This document shows, in pieces, positions 1 to 11,701 of a stretch of 64,000 nucleotides of DNA; position 1 is the first letter of the stretch; every line of letters starts with the position of its first letter. A program made the position numbers and the translations under genes. The notes beneath the pieces were generated by a model. It was given only the letters and a program-made list of their open reading frames with translations, did not search any database and was not told where the DNA came from. The stretch is taken from the NCBI RefSeq assembly GCF_006345805.1, contig NC_043000.1:156240001-156304000 (forward strand), read 5' to 3'. This DNA is from Octopus sinensis. Its lineage: Eukaryota.

Positions 1-89
1 ACATCTCACCACTTGTTATCTTTTATTTCCTTCATGAAGTTCAGTCTCTTGAGATCAGCCTTTATCACTTTTCTCATATATTCCTCCAC

Positions 90-539
90 TTGGTTCACTT
101 GGCGCTTCTTTACCAAATTGTTATCTTTCAAACTCATTACATGTTTGTCCTAATGGAAAGGTCTTTCTTGCACACTTCAGTCAATTCCATTTACACTCGC
201 TGTGGTCTCTCACCTCTTGAGGGAACTCTTCTGATGAGGAGACTATGGTGGTTTGGTCACGCATTGCAGCATCCCCATGAAAAATTCATCTGGAAGACGA
301 TAGCACCAGATCCTCTCCTGGGTTGGCATAAGGGGAGGGGTGGTCAGCTGAAGACATGGCTCATGACAGTCAAAGTAAATATGGAGCTTTGTTTTTGGCC
401 CTCGACTCTTTGGCATTTGTTGCTGAACCAAGAATGGCTTCAAAGCGCTGCAGAATCGGCCACCAACAGACGTGCGCACACTACCTTGACCCATGATGCA
501 GTGAACTCAACAGAAGCTGGCTTGACCCTTTCTGGGTGA
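90..539 (+). mobile_element. Degenerate RTE-clade LINE ORF2 3' fragment
   Basis: Translation contains RRLWWFGH...GGQLKTW, the post-RT C-terminal motifs of RTE LINEs; same family as the copy at 20254-20653. Confidence 0.7.
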
Positions 540-1723
540 ATGCCATTACATGGCAAGAGAGACAAGACAGTTCCACTAATAATTTTTCTCTCAGTACATC
601 TCATCCACTCTAACATCCAAAGAAGTAGCATCATCATTATTATTATCATTTAATGTCCATTGTCCATGCTGACATGGGTCAAACAGTTTGACTGGGCTGG
701 TACACAGAAGGCTTCACTAGACTCCAGTCTGATTTGGCATGGTTTTCTATGGCTGGATGCCCTTCCTAACGCCAACCACTCCAAGAGTGTAATGGGTACT
801 TTTATGTGCCACCGGGGTGTGTTCACATGTCACCAACATGGGTGCCAATTTGTGAGACACTGGTAACTGTCACAACTGTGGTTTTTCTCAGCTTGATGGG
901 CCTTCCTTCTCAAGCAGGACATAATGCCAAAGGTCTTGGTCATTACCTCCATGAGGCCCAATAAAACTCTTTACTAACAGAGACAAAATCTCTTTTTTCC
1001 ACCATGTTCTTAATTTGGTCACTATACTTTTATGAACACCCATTACCTCTGTTGTGTAGGTCAATTAGATAACAAAAACTATCAACTAGCTTTAGGATTT
1101 CATGGATGCTCTTCCTACTATTTACTCCTGCGTATATGCTACATACATATTCCTTCTTTTCTGTCCAGCTGCCTCTGATCCCACAGTATCTCTTATCACC
1201 CATAATTTACATGGAGTACACAGCATAAAATTCCTACCAACATCATTTCTGCAAATCAAGCATGGCCACTTCTCAAGATGGCAGCTGAGTTCTGTATTGT
1301 TTTTCTGTTGTTTGTCTTTTATACCTCTTGATTTTAGGCTCTTTTCTTCTAATTAATTGATTTGGCTATGCAAACCAAGTTGTTGGCATATAGGAATTCC
1401 CATGAGCCAATTTTGAACTCCTCTACGATGGCTTGGAAAACCCCGAGAAACATGATGGGGCTGAGAATTGAGTCTTGACGGACACCTATCAGCACACCAA
1501 ATTCCTAACTAAACTCATTGTTGGTTTTCACTACAGTCATTTAGTTGCTTTAGTGACAGCCAGACTAAAAAGTGTGGAACTTTATCAAAGGCCTTCTTCA
1601 AGTCAAAAAAGGTTCTTAGCTAAAAGCAGCCACTATACTTAGCCTAGTGGAGTATGGTGGCTTGCTTTCATGAGATGAAAAGAAAAAAGGATATATTTTA
1701 TAATGAAAAGAAAATATCAATAC

Positions 1724-1860
1724 CTTCACTGAAGGATCAATAAAGTTTCCTTGCTCAGCAGAGAGAATATCCATCAGGATTGGTAATATTGGTTCCAATG
1801 CTGCACTATTTGTGGAACCAACAGCCGCCAAACTATCACAGACCAGTGCCATGTGAACAT
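1724..1860 (-). CDS. INTS7: INTS7 coding exon 11 (last one found in window)
   Basis: (D)VHMALVCDSLAAVGSTNSAALEPILPILMDILSAEQGNFIDPSVK aligns with recalled human INTS7 DAARILMCHCLAAI. Acceptor ctctcag, donor GTATTG, 137 nt, phase 1 to 0. An alternative in-frame acceptor would start the exon at 1875. Confidence 0.85.
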
Positions 1861-3621
1861 CTGAGAGAGAATGGGCTAAAATTGAAAAAAATAACATTTA
1901 CTAGGTATTTTACTAGTAGCTGTACCCAGCCTAACCTGGGTTTATTATTTATTAATACCTAAAGTTTATAAAGCACAGGTTACATCAAGTAAATACCTAA
2001 TTGAGTAATTATCGGTAAAAGTCATGAAGCTTTTCACTGTCTCCATAAGCAAAAAGATGTTCCTTAATGCAAAATTTGAGCTATCTAAGAGCAAAACAGT
2101 GGAACATGAATACATATCTCTTTCTCTTTTACTTGTTTCAGTCATTTGACTGCGGCCATGCTGGAGCAACTCGACCCTGGGCCTTATTCTTTTGTAAGCC
2201 CAGTACTTATTCTATGGGTCTCTTTTGCCGAACCGCTAAGTAACGGGGACATAAACACACCAGCATCGGTTGTCAAGCAATGCTAGGGGGACAAACACAC
2301 ACACGCATATATATATATATACATATATACGACGGGCTTCTTTTCAGTTTCCATCTGTCAAATCCACTCACAAGGCTTTGGTCAGCCCGAGGCTATAGTA
2401 GAAGACACTTCCCAAGGTGCCACGCAGTGGGACTGAACCCGGAACCATGTGGTTGGTAAACAAGCTACTTACCACACAGCCACTCCTGCACCTATAGCAT
2501 ATATTCACTTTTAGATATTAAGATTAGAAAATAAACTTCTCATATATTTGATTATCCTTTGTGTATTAGTTCTATTCGCAGGAAATAGCAGTGAGTAGGA
2601 GTTAGACTCAAATCTCAGAATAGTAAACTCCTTAGTGTAAACTCCTTAGATTGTTAAATCCAACTACAGTAAAAACAGGGCTATAATGTTACAACTGCTC
2701 GTGCCTTGCCCTTTTTTTGACATGTCACCATCTCAGTAGTAGGCCTATCGCTCAGTCTGGTTTAGCATTACCCCTTACTCCTAGGCTGCCTTTAGTAAAA
2801 TTCACTCTGTTTCTATTATTTGAACCCATGCAGTGCCATGTAAAAGCACTCATGTGGTACCACGTAAAAGTGCCTGTGCAATGCCATGTAAAAGCACCCA
2901 GCACGCTCTGTAAAATGGTTGGCACCAGGAAGGGCATCCGGTCATAGAAACCATGCCAAATCAGACTGGAGTCTGGTGCGGCTCCCCAGCCTGCCAGCTC
3001 TGGTCACACCATCCAACCCATGTCAGTATGGACAACGGATGCTAAATGATGATGATGTAGAACCAGAAACCCCAGTTCCTTTCCTACCCACATTGACCCA
3101 GCAAAAGTTCATGCTGAAAGCAAATGGCATGGGCACTGCTCTTTTTGCCATGAAAAATTTGCGAAAATTATACAGAAAACCCATAACTAGATTCCAAGGA
3201 AAAATTACTTTTCTTAATTTCATTGTTTTACCCAAATAATATACACACGAAACTTGATTAGTAATATTAGTGATTAGTATACTGTCACAGGTGGTGTTAT
3301 GGATCAGAGACAAAAAAAAATTTATCTGGCACTGGCACAGTCTACAAAGCTGTAAACGTGTACCACAAGATGGTATAGTTCACATTGTGAGCAGTAGAAG
3401 CACTGTAAAATTGCCCAAAGTTCTATTGGTCAACATTATTAAGTTCAAATCTATGAGTGAGAAAATTACCTACAGTAGACTAGTATTCAATCCCAGAAAA
3501 GATTTCTCTTCCTTTTGCTTAATGCTATACAGCCCTAGACTGAAAGTTGATTCAATGGATCACTGAGATTTATGGAAATGTTTACATTTTCCACAGTTAT
3601 CCAAAAAGTCACATGATTTAA

Positions 3622-4326
3622 CCCTTTAGCATTTAAATCATACAGCATCTCGAAAGAGTCCTTAAGCTGGCTACCCGCATGGTTCTTGGTCTCAAGCATT
3701 TGTCTTATGAAGAAAGGCTGAAGACGCTCGACATTTATTCTCTAGAAAAACAACAACGCCGTGGAGATCTCATTCTTGCTCACAACATCATAAGCGGAAA
3801 GTGTAACCTCTCGAAAGAGCTGTTCTTCACTCCTGCTCCAGAGCGTCGGCTGCGGGGTCATTCCGAAAAGCTCTACCTGCGACGATTTCATCTCAATCGA
3901 AGGAGAGGAGCTTTCTCCGTCCGGGTTGCGGATCCATGGAACAAGCTGCCGGACGAAATGGTGAAGGTGCCGACGACCGCTTGGTTCAAAGTCTCCCTTG
4001 ACCACAAGTGGCCTGAACTCTTTACATGAACACCACCCTGTACATAACTCCATGTCCCCCTACATGGCCTTGCTTTTTGCTTTTTGAGCCAAAAAATTAA
4101 CTAACTAACTAACTAACTGACTAACTAAATCAGCCATATTTGGCCCAAATATTCTTCTTTGTTTTATGTTCAAACTGGTGAGACTTGGCTTCCCACAGCA
4201 GCTCTACAATGTCATTCTACAACTTGCCTCATCAAAACCCCAAAGCTACATGAAAACGCATGGTTAATTCAAGACAACGTGAATAGATAAGCATTACTTT
4301 CAAAAAATAATATGAATGCTAAAGGG
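3622..4326. mobile_element. piggyBac-type MITE interrupted by a CR1 insertion
   Basis: TTAA|CCCTTTAGCATT left end and AATGCTAAAGGG|TAAA right end; same family as the intact copy at 23560-23780. Confidence 0.75.
3641..4125 (+). mobile_element. 5'-truncated CR1-clade LINE
   Basis: ORF 3679-4029 (LSYEERLKTLDIYSLEK..RRGDLI..LRGHSEKL..FSVRVADPWNKLP) is typical CR1 ORF2 C-terminus; (CTAA)n tail; TAAATCA duplicated at 3634-3640 and 4126-4132. Confidence 0.9.
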
Positions 4327-4620
4327 TAAACCCCAGGTCATCTCCGATCAAGTAGACATGTGGCAGAAAAACATTCCATTAGTGACATTATCAAATTTAT
4401 TTTTCCTTGTTCTAAGACAGCATGATATGATTTTAGATAATTTAGTTAGTTTCTAGCAGGTCAAGGGCCAGGATGGGTGACTGCTGGAGAATGAAAAGTG
4501 TTACAAGTATATAAATGTAGTCGATGGTAACTATAGAGAGAGAGACAACCAGTGAGTGGTATGAAGTAGAATTGAAACAACATACGGATTAACTGAGATA
4601 CTGTTTATTTTTTATCATCT

Positions 4621-4831
4621 AGGGGCTTTCTCCGTCCGGGTTGCGGATCCGTGGAATAAGCTGCCAGACGAGATGGTGACGATGCCGACGATCGCTCGGT
4701 TCAAAGTCTCCCTTGACCACAAGTGGCCAGAACTCTTTACATGAACACCACCCTGTACATAACTCCATGACCCCCTACATGGCCTTGCTTTTTGCTTTTT
4801 GAGCCAAAAAATTAACTAACTAACTAACTAA
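4621..4831 (+). mobile_element. Second, shorter CR1 3' end
   Basis: Near-identical to ~3907-4110, with (CTAA)n tail. Confidence 0.9.
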
Positions 4832-4849
4832 CATACCAGCAACACAGAG

Positions 4850-5345
4850 AAACAAAGATAATACCAATGTCAATAATAGTACTGGTGATATGATAATGAT
4901 AGCAGTGGTTGTGGTGGTCATGGGATAATGGTACTGGTGGTGGGCTAAAGTGATGGTAATGTGATGAATAGATTGTCGTGCAATGTGATGATAAGTGATG
5001 ATGAAATAATGAAAGTGATGGTGGTGGTGATGATGATAGTGGCAGTGTGGTAATGTAATGATGGGGAAGTTGTGATGGTGGTGGTGGCATGATGATGGTA
5101 GTGGTAGTGTGATGATGATGTTAGTGATAAAATGAGGATGATGATGTAGCTGTCAATGATAGTGTTCATGATGATGATAGTGATGGTGATATGGTATAGT
5201 CATCATAATGGTGATGATGACTATGATGAACACACTGTGATAATATGGTGATGAGGAGGATGAAAACATGTGTTGATGAGGGGATAATGACAGAGACGGG
5301 ATCAAGATATCAAGATGTGATGATGATGATGATGATGATACAACT
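4850..5345. repeat. Degenerate (GAT/GGT)n trinucleotide low-complexity tract
   Basis: About 500 bp of imperfect GAT/GGT/GTG repeats; source of the spurious His/Thr-rich ORFs. Confidence 0.85.
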
Positions 5346-5374
5346 ACAATGACAACAGTACAAAAACAACCTGC

Positions 5375-5471
5375 CTGGATTTGACTGCAACAAGTTAGCC
5401 ATGGTGTCCACAAAATCAATGCACAGTTCAGGAAACTTGCTGCACATTTTCACTACACATTTTAAACTCAG
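5375..5471 (-). CDS. INTS7: INTS7 coding exon 10
   Basis: LSLKCVVKMCSKFPELCIDFVDTMANLLQSNP matches recalled human IALNCMVKLAKGRPHLSQSVVETLLTQLHS. Acceptor tctctgcag, 97 nt, phase 0 to 1 with a CAG|GCAGGT donor. Confidence 0.85.
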
Positions 5472-5694
5472 CTGCAGAGATATGAAGTTTTTTTTTTTTA
5501 AAGATGGAAAATTAAAAAAAAAACAAATAAATAACAACTTTAAAAAAATTGAAAGTGGGATAAATTATGGGAAAAAAGAGTTAAACTATTAGTTTAATTA
5601 CAAATTACGTAAGGCAGCTTACTATATCACATTGTGGTATACTACATGACAGTAACACATAGTAATACATACGCTATATTTGAACCCCTACCAA

Positions 5695-5927
5695 AAGGCG
5701 GCGAGCTGGCAGAAAAGTTAGCACGGCGGGCGAAATGCGCAGCTGTATTTCGTCTGCCGCTACGTTCTGAGTTCAAATTCCGACGAGGTCGACTTTGCCT
5801 TTCATCCTTTCGGGGTCGATTAAATAAGTACCAGTTACGCACTGGGGTCGATGTAATCGACTTAATCCGTTTGTCTGTCCTTGTTTGTCCCCTCTGTGTT
5901 TAGCCCCTTGTGGGTAGTAAAGAAATA
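5695..5927 (+). mobile_element. Full-length tRNA-head SINE (MetaSINE-like central domain)
   Basis: GGCGAGCTGGCAGAA head; central GTCGACTTTGCCTTTCATCCTTTCGGGGTCGAT; 20-bp TSD TATATTTGAACCCCTACCAA at 5675-5694 and 5928-5947. Relatives at 19650-19970, 34437-35039, 38480-38710, 40720-40900, 62100-62490. Confidence 0.85.
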
Positions 5928-5959
5928 TATATTTGAACCCCTACCAATGTGTAGAGTGT

Positions 5960-6254
5960 TGTTTGTTCTTTCTCGAGCCACACCTGGCTCATAGGGCCAG
6001 TTTCCTTGTGTATAGATTCCCCACCTGGACGGGACGCCAGTCCATCGCAGGCGAGCTGCAAGATGCAGGAGGAAAGAGTGAGCGAAAGTTGTGACGAAAG
6101 AGTCAGCAGAAGCTCGTCATTGCCTTCTGCTGGAGCCACGTGGAGCTTAGGTGTTTCGCGCATAAACACACACAACGCCCGGTCTGAGATTCAAACCTGC
6201 GATCCCTCGACCGCGAGTCCGCTGCCCTAACCACTAGGCCATGTGCTTCCACGT
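5960..6254 (-). mobile_element. tRNA-derived SINE
   Basis: Minus-strand head GGCCTAGTGGTTAGGGCAGCGGACTCGCGG...GCAGGTTTGAATCTC; 14-bp TSD AATGTGTAGAGTGT at 5946-5959 and 6255-6268. Confidence 0.8.
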
Positions 6255-6892
6255 AATGTGTAGAGTGTGGCAAGGCATAAGTATTACATTATATTGTAGT
6301 ATGATATACCAAATGGTACACAATCTTTACAAAAAGCACCCACTACACTCTCGGAGTGGTTGGCATTAGGAAGGGCATCCAGCTGTAGAAACTCTGCCAG
6401 ATCAAGATTGGAGCCTGGTGCAGCCATCTGGTTCACCAGTCCTCAGTCAAAATCGTCCAACCCATGCTAGCATGGAAAGCGGACGTTAAACGATGATGAT
6501 GATGATAGGCAGAACAAGACTGAAATGCTATGTTACATTGCAGTAAGGCCTATAAAAGGGTAAATTATATTGAAGCAGGATTAACTAAAGGGTAGACTAC
6601 ATTGAAACAAGACACATTAATATATATATAGTACACTGTCAAAAGGCATGTTAATAGATCACTGAATTATAACAAGGCATACTAATGGGTATTTCTATAC
6701 TGCAATTAAAAGTACAAATGTTTACACACTAGTGTAACAAGATATAATAACAGCTATACTCTGCTCAAACTAGAGATACATATAGATAAATAGTAACAAG
6801 ACATACTAATTAGTAAACTACACTATAGATAGACATACTAATGGGTACACTACACTATACCAAGACATATTAATGGTATGCTATTTTGTAAC

Positions 6893-7206
6893 AAGGGTAA
6901 AGAGCCCGTTTGGTCATGAATGACCATGGGATTGCACCTACAAAGTTACCCTCTGAGGCACAAGTCTGGGCAAGGTTGTTTATGAAAGACCAGCAGTCGC
7001 CTGTGCATACTGGCCACCCTTCTCCATGCACTGATGATATCCATGGGAAAAGCTGATACAGCTTGGCACCAGTGATGTTGCAACTCATTGCTACAGCTGA
7101 GTGAACTGGAACAATGTGAAATAAAGTATCTTGCTCAAAGCCTAATCTAGGAATCAAACTCACTACATCATGATTGTGAGCCCAACACTCTAACCACTGA
7201 GCCATA
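6893..7206 (-). mobile_element. tRNA-derived SINE, third family
   Basis: Minus-strand head TGGCTCAGTGGTTAGAGTGTTGGGCTCACAATC; relatives at ~24307-24590 and ~55290-55605. Confidence 0.7.
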
Positions 7207-7371
7207 TATTTGTATATGTCTTATAGTATGTACGGGGCACATTTTATGAGGAGTACATTTCTGTATGTTACATAATAATTAGACATAAGATTAAAGAGGA
7301 CAGCACTTTGACAAGACATTCTACACACATTCAGATCCACACAAATCCTCCAACTATTAAGTGAAACCTAC

Positions 7372-7478
7372 CTTGAGAGCCACCTGAGATTGCTGGGAGG
7401 AGTTCATACTGGATAATAAGATAAGAGTCTGAGCAGCAGCCTTTACATCATCCCTTAGATCCATATTATTTTGCTCTT
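7372..7478 (-). CDS. INTS7: INTS7 coding exon 9
   Basis: (K)EQNNMDLRDDVKAAAQTLILLSSMNSSQQSQVALK; acceptor ttcacag, donor GTAGGT, 107 nt, phase 1 to 0; matches recalled human EQDAVFGLESLLVLCSQ..AQATLK. Confidence 0.85.
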
Positions 7479-7820
7479 CTGTGAACATGTAAAAAAAAAA
7501 ATATCAAATCCCTTTATTTCTTTAACCATTCCCTTTTAATTGTTTCCCCACCCCCATCCCTCTCTCACTGTCCCCTCTTAGTTTAACTAAATTTTTGTTT
7601 CTTAACCCACAAATACACCCATCTATGTATGGAACTTGGTAATCGCTTTTCCCATCATTTCTATTATACAATAGTACTTTTGCAAATACTTAGTTGAAAA
7701 GCAATTTATGAATTTTTAGGTTCTCAAATACTAAAGAGTTGAGCCTTTATGCAGTAACTCAACCAACTAAAAATAACAGCCAAATATTACTCAGTATGTG
7801 TAGCTCAGAGATTAGAGAGT

Positions 7821-8345
7821 TGTAGTGACGTCATATTCCAGTGTGCGCACACGCAACGTCATTCTTCAGTGTGCGTGTGCGGAGCGTCCTTCTTCAGTGT
7901 GCGTGTGCGGGGTTGGAGCCTTCTGGAAAGGCATGAGGAAGTTCCCTCATGCACATGCGCTGGAGACTGAAGAAGAAGTTCTATCGCGTTCTTTGATAGC
8001 ATTCGGGGACTTGCGACACGGCGATCAAAGAGAAAAGACGTATATTTTGAATCCTGTGATCAGCCTATTCTCCTGTCCTAGACACTTAGGATTTAACCTG
8101 TTCCACTGCTGCTGAATTATTGTAAGAAGCTTACAAACGTTAGAATTCAGCCTTGCTGTGTTGAACTAGGTGGATACCAGCATACCATCGTGTTTCATTG
8201 TCGAAACAGAGAATAAAGAATTATATATATTTTTAAACTTGCGTTTCGTTCCTGACTGGTAGTTTCTAGAAACAAAAAGAAAGGAAATTGTGTTGCACCC
8301 AAGTTGCACCCCAAAAGTGTAAAGAAGCAACCAGTTCCCTTTACA
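7821..8345 (+). mobile_element. Solo LTR (Gypsy-like)
   Basis: TGTA...TACA termini, 4-bp TSD GAGT (7817-7820 and 8346-8349), AATAAA at 8212, two internal direct repeats TTCTTCAGTGTGCGTGTGCGG; no internal retroviral ORFs adjacent. Confidence 0.75.
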
Positions 8346-8850
8346 GAGTGTTGCCATGCTGAGCCACTACTTTTCCACATCGAGAGACCCCGTGTGGTTA
8401 GAATGCTTCAGGAAAGAATCACAAAACAAAAGCCAAGCCAACTAGCAGGAGATCCAGGGGTTAACCATAAACAAGATGGTTAGGTAAAATCCATAGTATT
8501 AGTTGGTTGTGTTTGGGAAGCCAGCCGGAAAGTGTAATGATGATTGTTTCTGAAAGTACCCTATGGAAGAAGTGCCCGAGAACTCTACCTCCAGCACAAC
8601 CCTTCCAGGAATAGCAGGTGGAAAAGATGGCTGAAATGTTTGGAAAAAGTTATGGCAGTGTCACAGCAGAAATGCTTTCCATGGTGAGTTTTCATTGTTT
8701 CATTGGATTAAAAATTGTCTCCAAGCAAGGTAATATTTCTGTGGCCAGACATGATATTAACAAAAGACTAGAAATGAACAACATTACTTGTATGATGATG
8801 ATGCTCATTTATAACCATCACATGATGTCAAGACAAGGGTATACGCATAT

Positions 8851-9235
8851 GGTGGAGGTGCAATGGCCCAGTGGTTAGGGCAGCGGACTCGCGGTCATAG
8901 GATCGCGGTTTCGATTCCCAGACCGGGCGTTGTGAGTGTTTATTGAGCGAAAACACCTAAAGCTCCACGAGGCTCCAGCAGGGGATGGTGGTGATCCCTG
9001 CTGTACTCTTTCACCACAACTTTCTCTCACTCTTACTTCCTGTTTCTGTTGTACCTGTATTTCAAAGGGCCGGCCTTGTCACTCTCTGTGTCACGCTGAA
9101 TATCCCCGAGAACTACATTAAGGGTACACGTGTCTGTGGAGTGCTCAGCCACTTACACGTTAATTTCACGAGCAGGCTGCTCCGTTGATTCAGATCAACC
9201 AGAACCCTTGTCGTAACTGACGGAGTGCTTCCATC
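8851..9235 (+). mobile_element. tRNA-derived SINE
   Basis: GGTGGAGGTGCAATGGCCCAGTGGTTAGGGCAGCGGACTCGCGG head (A box) and GGTTTCGATTCCC (B box), followed by a non-tRNA body. Confidence 0.8.
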
Positions 9236-9956
9236 CATCCATACACATATGTTCCATCAACCAAATCCATTCACAAGATGTTGATCAGCTCAGAAGACAT
9301 TTAACCAAAGCACCATGTATTTTTGCACTGAGTAGGTCTATGGTCTGTCAGTAATCATTCAAATGGTGAGGTGTGGAGAGCAGATCCATTATTCTGGATA
9401 TGACATAATTATGTCTAGTGAAGGACCATATTATGTTCTCTCTGATGAGAGCTAATGATGAAGCACCTATGTGGTAACTTCATCTCCAAGAATTAGAGCC
9501 AAATCTCCATCATCTCTCTGAAATTCCTTCTCTGCAGTTTTTCAGGAAGAACATTAACCACATAAATTTCACTGATCTCAGTGGTTTTCAAAGGATACAG
9601 GTACAACACCTTTCTCCTGGTTTGCAAAGGAGATAGGTACAACACCTTTCTCCTGATCACACCATTAAAGAGAAAAATAATTCAGAACAAGAGTTGTCTA
9701 TCAGGACTAAAAGGCCCTCTTTATCACATATCACTTATTACTGCTCTCCCAGACAGGTTGTCTTCACTACAGCTTGTGAAGTTCAATATATACAAGGAAA
9801 TAAAACGAAAGTAAAAAAGGAGCAGGCATGACTGTGTGGTCAAGAAGCTTACTTCCCAACCATGTGGTCATAGGTTCAGTCCCACTGTGTAGTACCTTGG
9901 CCCTGAGCTGACCAAAGTCTTGTGAATAGATTTGATAGATGTATGTATGTAAGTAT

Positions 9957-11260
9957 GTTTACACAAAACAATCCACAGTGCCTCCCTGTTTACTGTGTCA
10001 AATGCCTTAGTTAAATCTATGAAGACCTGGCAGAGTGGAATTTGTTCCTCTAAGCATTTCTCTTGAACTTGCCTCACAGAAAATATCATGTCCATTGTTC
10101 CTCACTCAGGTCTGAAACCACTGCATGTGTACATTTCGGACTCACAATTAGGTTGGGAAAAACCAAAGTAATGTTTACTCCCGTGCCAGGACAAACATAT
10201 TCTGAACCAAACATTTTTGTGAATGAAACAAGGTTTGAAGTCATTGATACCTTTGTTTACCTAGGATGGACGCTGTCAAGAGATGGTAGTCTTGATGCAG
10301 AGCTATACTATCGAATAGGGCAGGGAAGTGTTGAATTTGGAAAGCCTGAAAAGCGAGTATGGGCGGATAGAGGCATTTCCATGCAGACAAAAATCAATGT
10401 CTAGAAAGCATGAGATTGTCTGCAATTCATTATTTAAATGAGACATGGATCACTTACAAGTATCATATAAAAATGCTGGAGAGATTTCATCAAATGTGCC
10501 TCAGATGTATCTTAGGAGTGAAGTTGGAATGTTTCATACCAGATACAGAGATTTTGCACATGGAACATGTTATCTTGGCTCAAATGAGATGGATTGGACA
10601 TGTTACTAGAATGAAAGACGAGCATTTGCCAATGTGTCTTTTTTAGGGTGAGCTCAACTCCGGTAAGGAACTACAACATAAACTGAGGAAAATGTATAAA
10701 GACTGTGTGAAGGAAAACCTGAGGAAACTAGATATGAACAAAAGTGATTGGGAAAATGATGCTCTAGGTCGGAACAAGTGGAGAGGTGCTGTTAGGACTA
10801 GTTGCAATGCCTGGGAGGAAAAGATGATTGAGCACTCCGAACCTAAAAGGGCCTGTCGCAGAGGAACAATCGGAACTGTGATCAACAGTGAACATTGGAT
10901 GTGTATTATGTGTGACCGTGTTCTGTTGTCAAAAGCAGGATACGTGAACCATATGAAGTCACAAGACAATCGTAATGCCCTGATAGATCTTGGATACCAA
11001 GTACCTCTTACTACTTGTGTCATATGTCAAAAACTTGTAAGACAATATCTGGACTTAGAAGACATATTCTAGTTCACAAAAATATTCCTTCAGAATCAGA
11101 TTCCGAATGGCAAAGATACAGAAGAAACATGAATAATATCTGTCACTTGCGTTTTAAACCCTTTCAGTTAGCAGTTGGGTCTTAAAAGTCATCTAACGGC
11201 TCATCAACGGAGTGATTGTACTGTGTGATGGGGTGTGGTGTGTGTGTTGATGGGACGGCT
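9957..11260 (+). mobile_element. RTE-clade LINE fragment with inverted 5' segment
   Basis: 9957-10100 encodes RT motifs on the minus strand (DMIFSVRQVQEKC..FIDLTKAFDTVNREALW). 10101 onward encodes downstream ORF2 on the plus strand (KTKVM, YLG, RWIGHV, C2H2-like CIMCDRVLLSKAGYVNH) with stops and frameshifts. Confidence 0.85.
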
Positions 11261-11593
11261 ATCATCTCTCAAGATGAAGTAACAATCATGTGCGTGCGCG
11301 TGTGTGTGTGTGTATTTGTGTACTCCTGTCTTGGCATCATGTGATGGTTGTAAATGAGCATCACCATCACACAAGGGATGTTCGTTTCCAGTATTCTCTG
11401 AAAAACACTCTCCGGCCAAAGGGAACTATTACCTTGCTTGCAAACTAATGAGGAGTGGTGACAGGAAGGGCATCCCTTCATAGAAAATCTACCTCAACAA
11501 AATTCCGTCTGACTCATGCAAGCAAGCATGGAAAAAGTGAATGTTAAATGATGAGAATGACATAAAAATTAGAAAAAAACAAAAAAAACTTAC

Positions 11594-11701
11594 TTGAGCC
11601 TGAGTGAGTAGCAAGATGTGTCATCAGTTGCACAGTTTTAGCAGCCAAAGAAACATTTTCATGGTAGCTATATTCCTGGCACACTTTCAACAGAGCAGAG
11701 T
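11594..11701 (-). CDS. INTS7: INTS7 coding exon 8
   Basis: (D)SALLKVCQEYSYHENVSLAAKTVQLMTHLATHSGS matches recalled human DLVKLAQECCYHNNRGIAA; acceptor cttgtag, donor GTAAGT, 108 nt, phase 1 to 1. Not present in the ORF track. Confidence 0.88.

Noticed and set aside
8851-8930. tRNA gene
   Set aside because: A and B boxes are present but continue into a SINE body with a related copy at 5960-6254; no complete cloverleaf evident.
9440-9480. Hammerhead ribozyme core (CTGATGA; also at 29637 and 43722)
   Set aside because: No correctly placed GAAA or three-stem junction could be built by eye.
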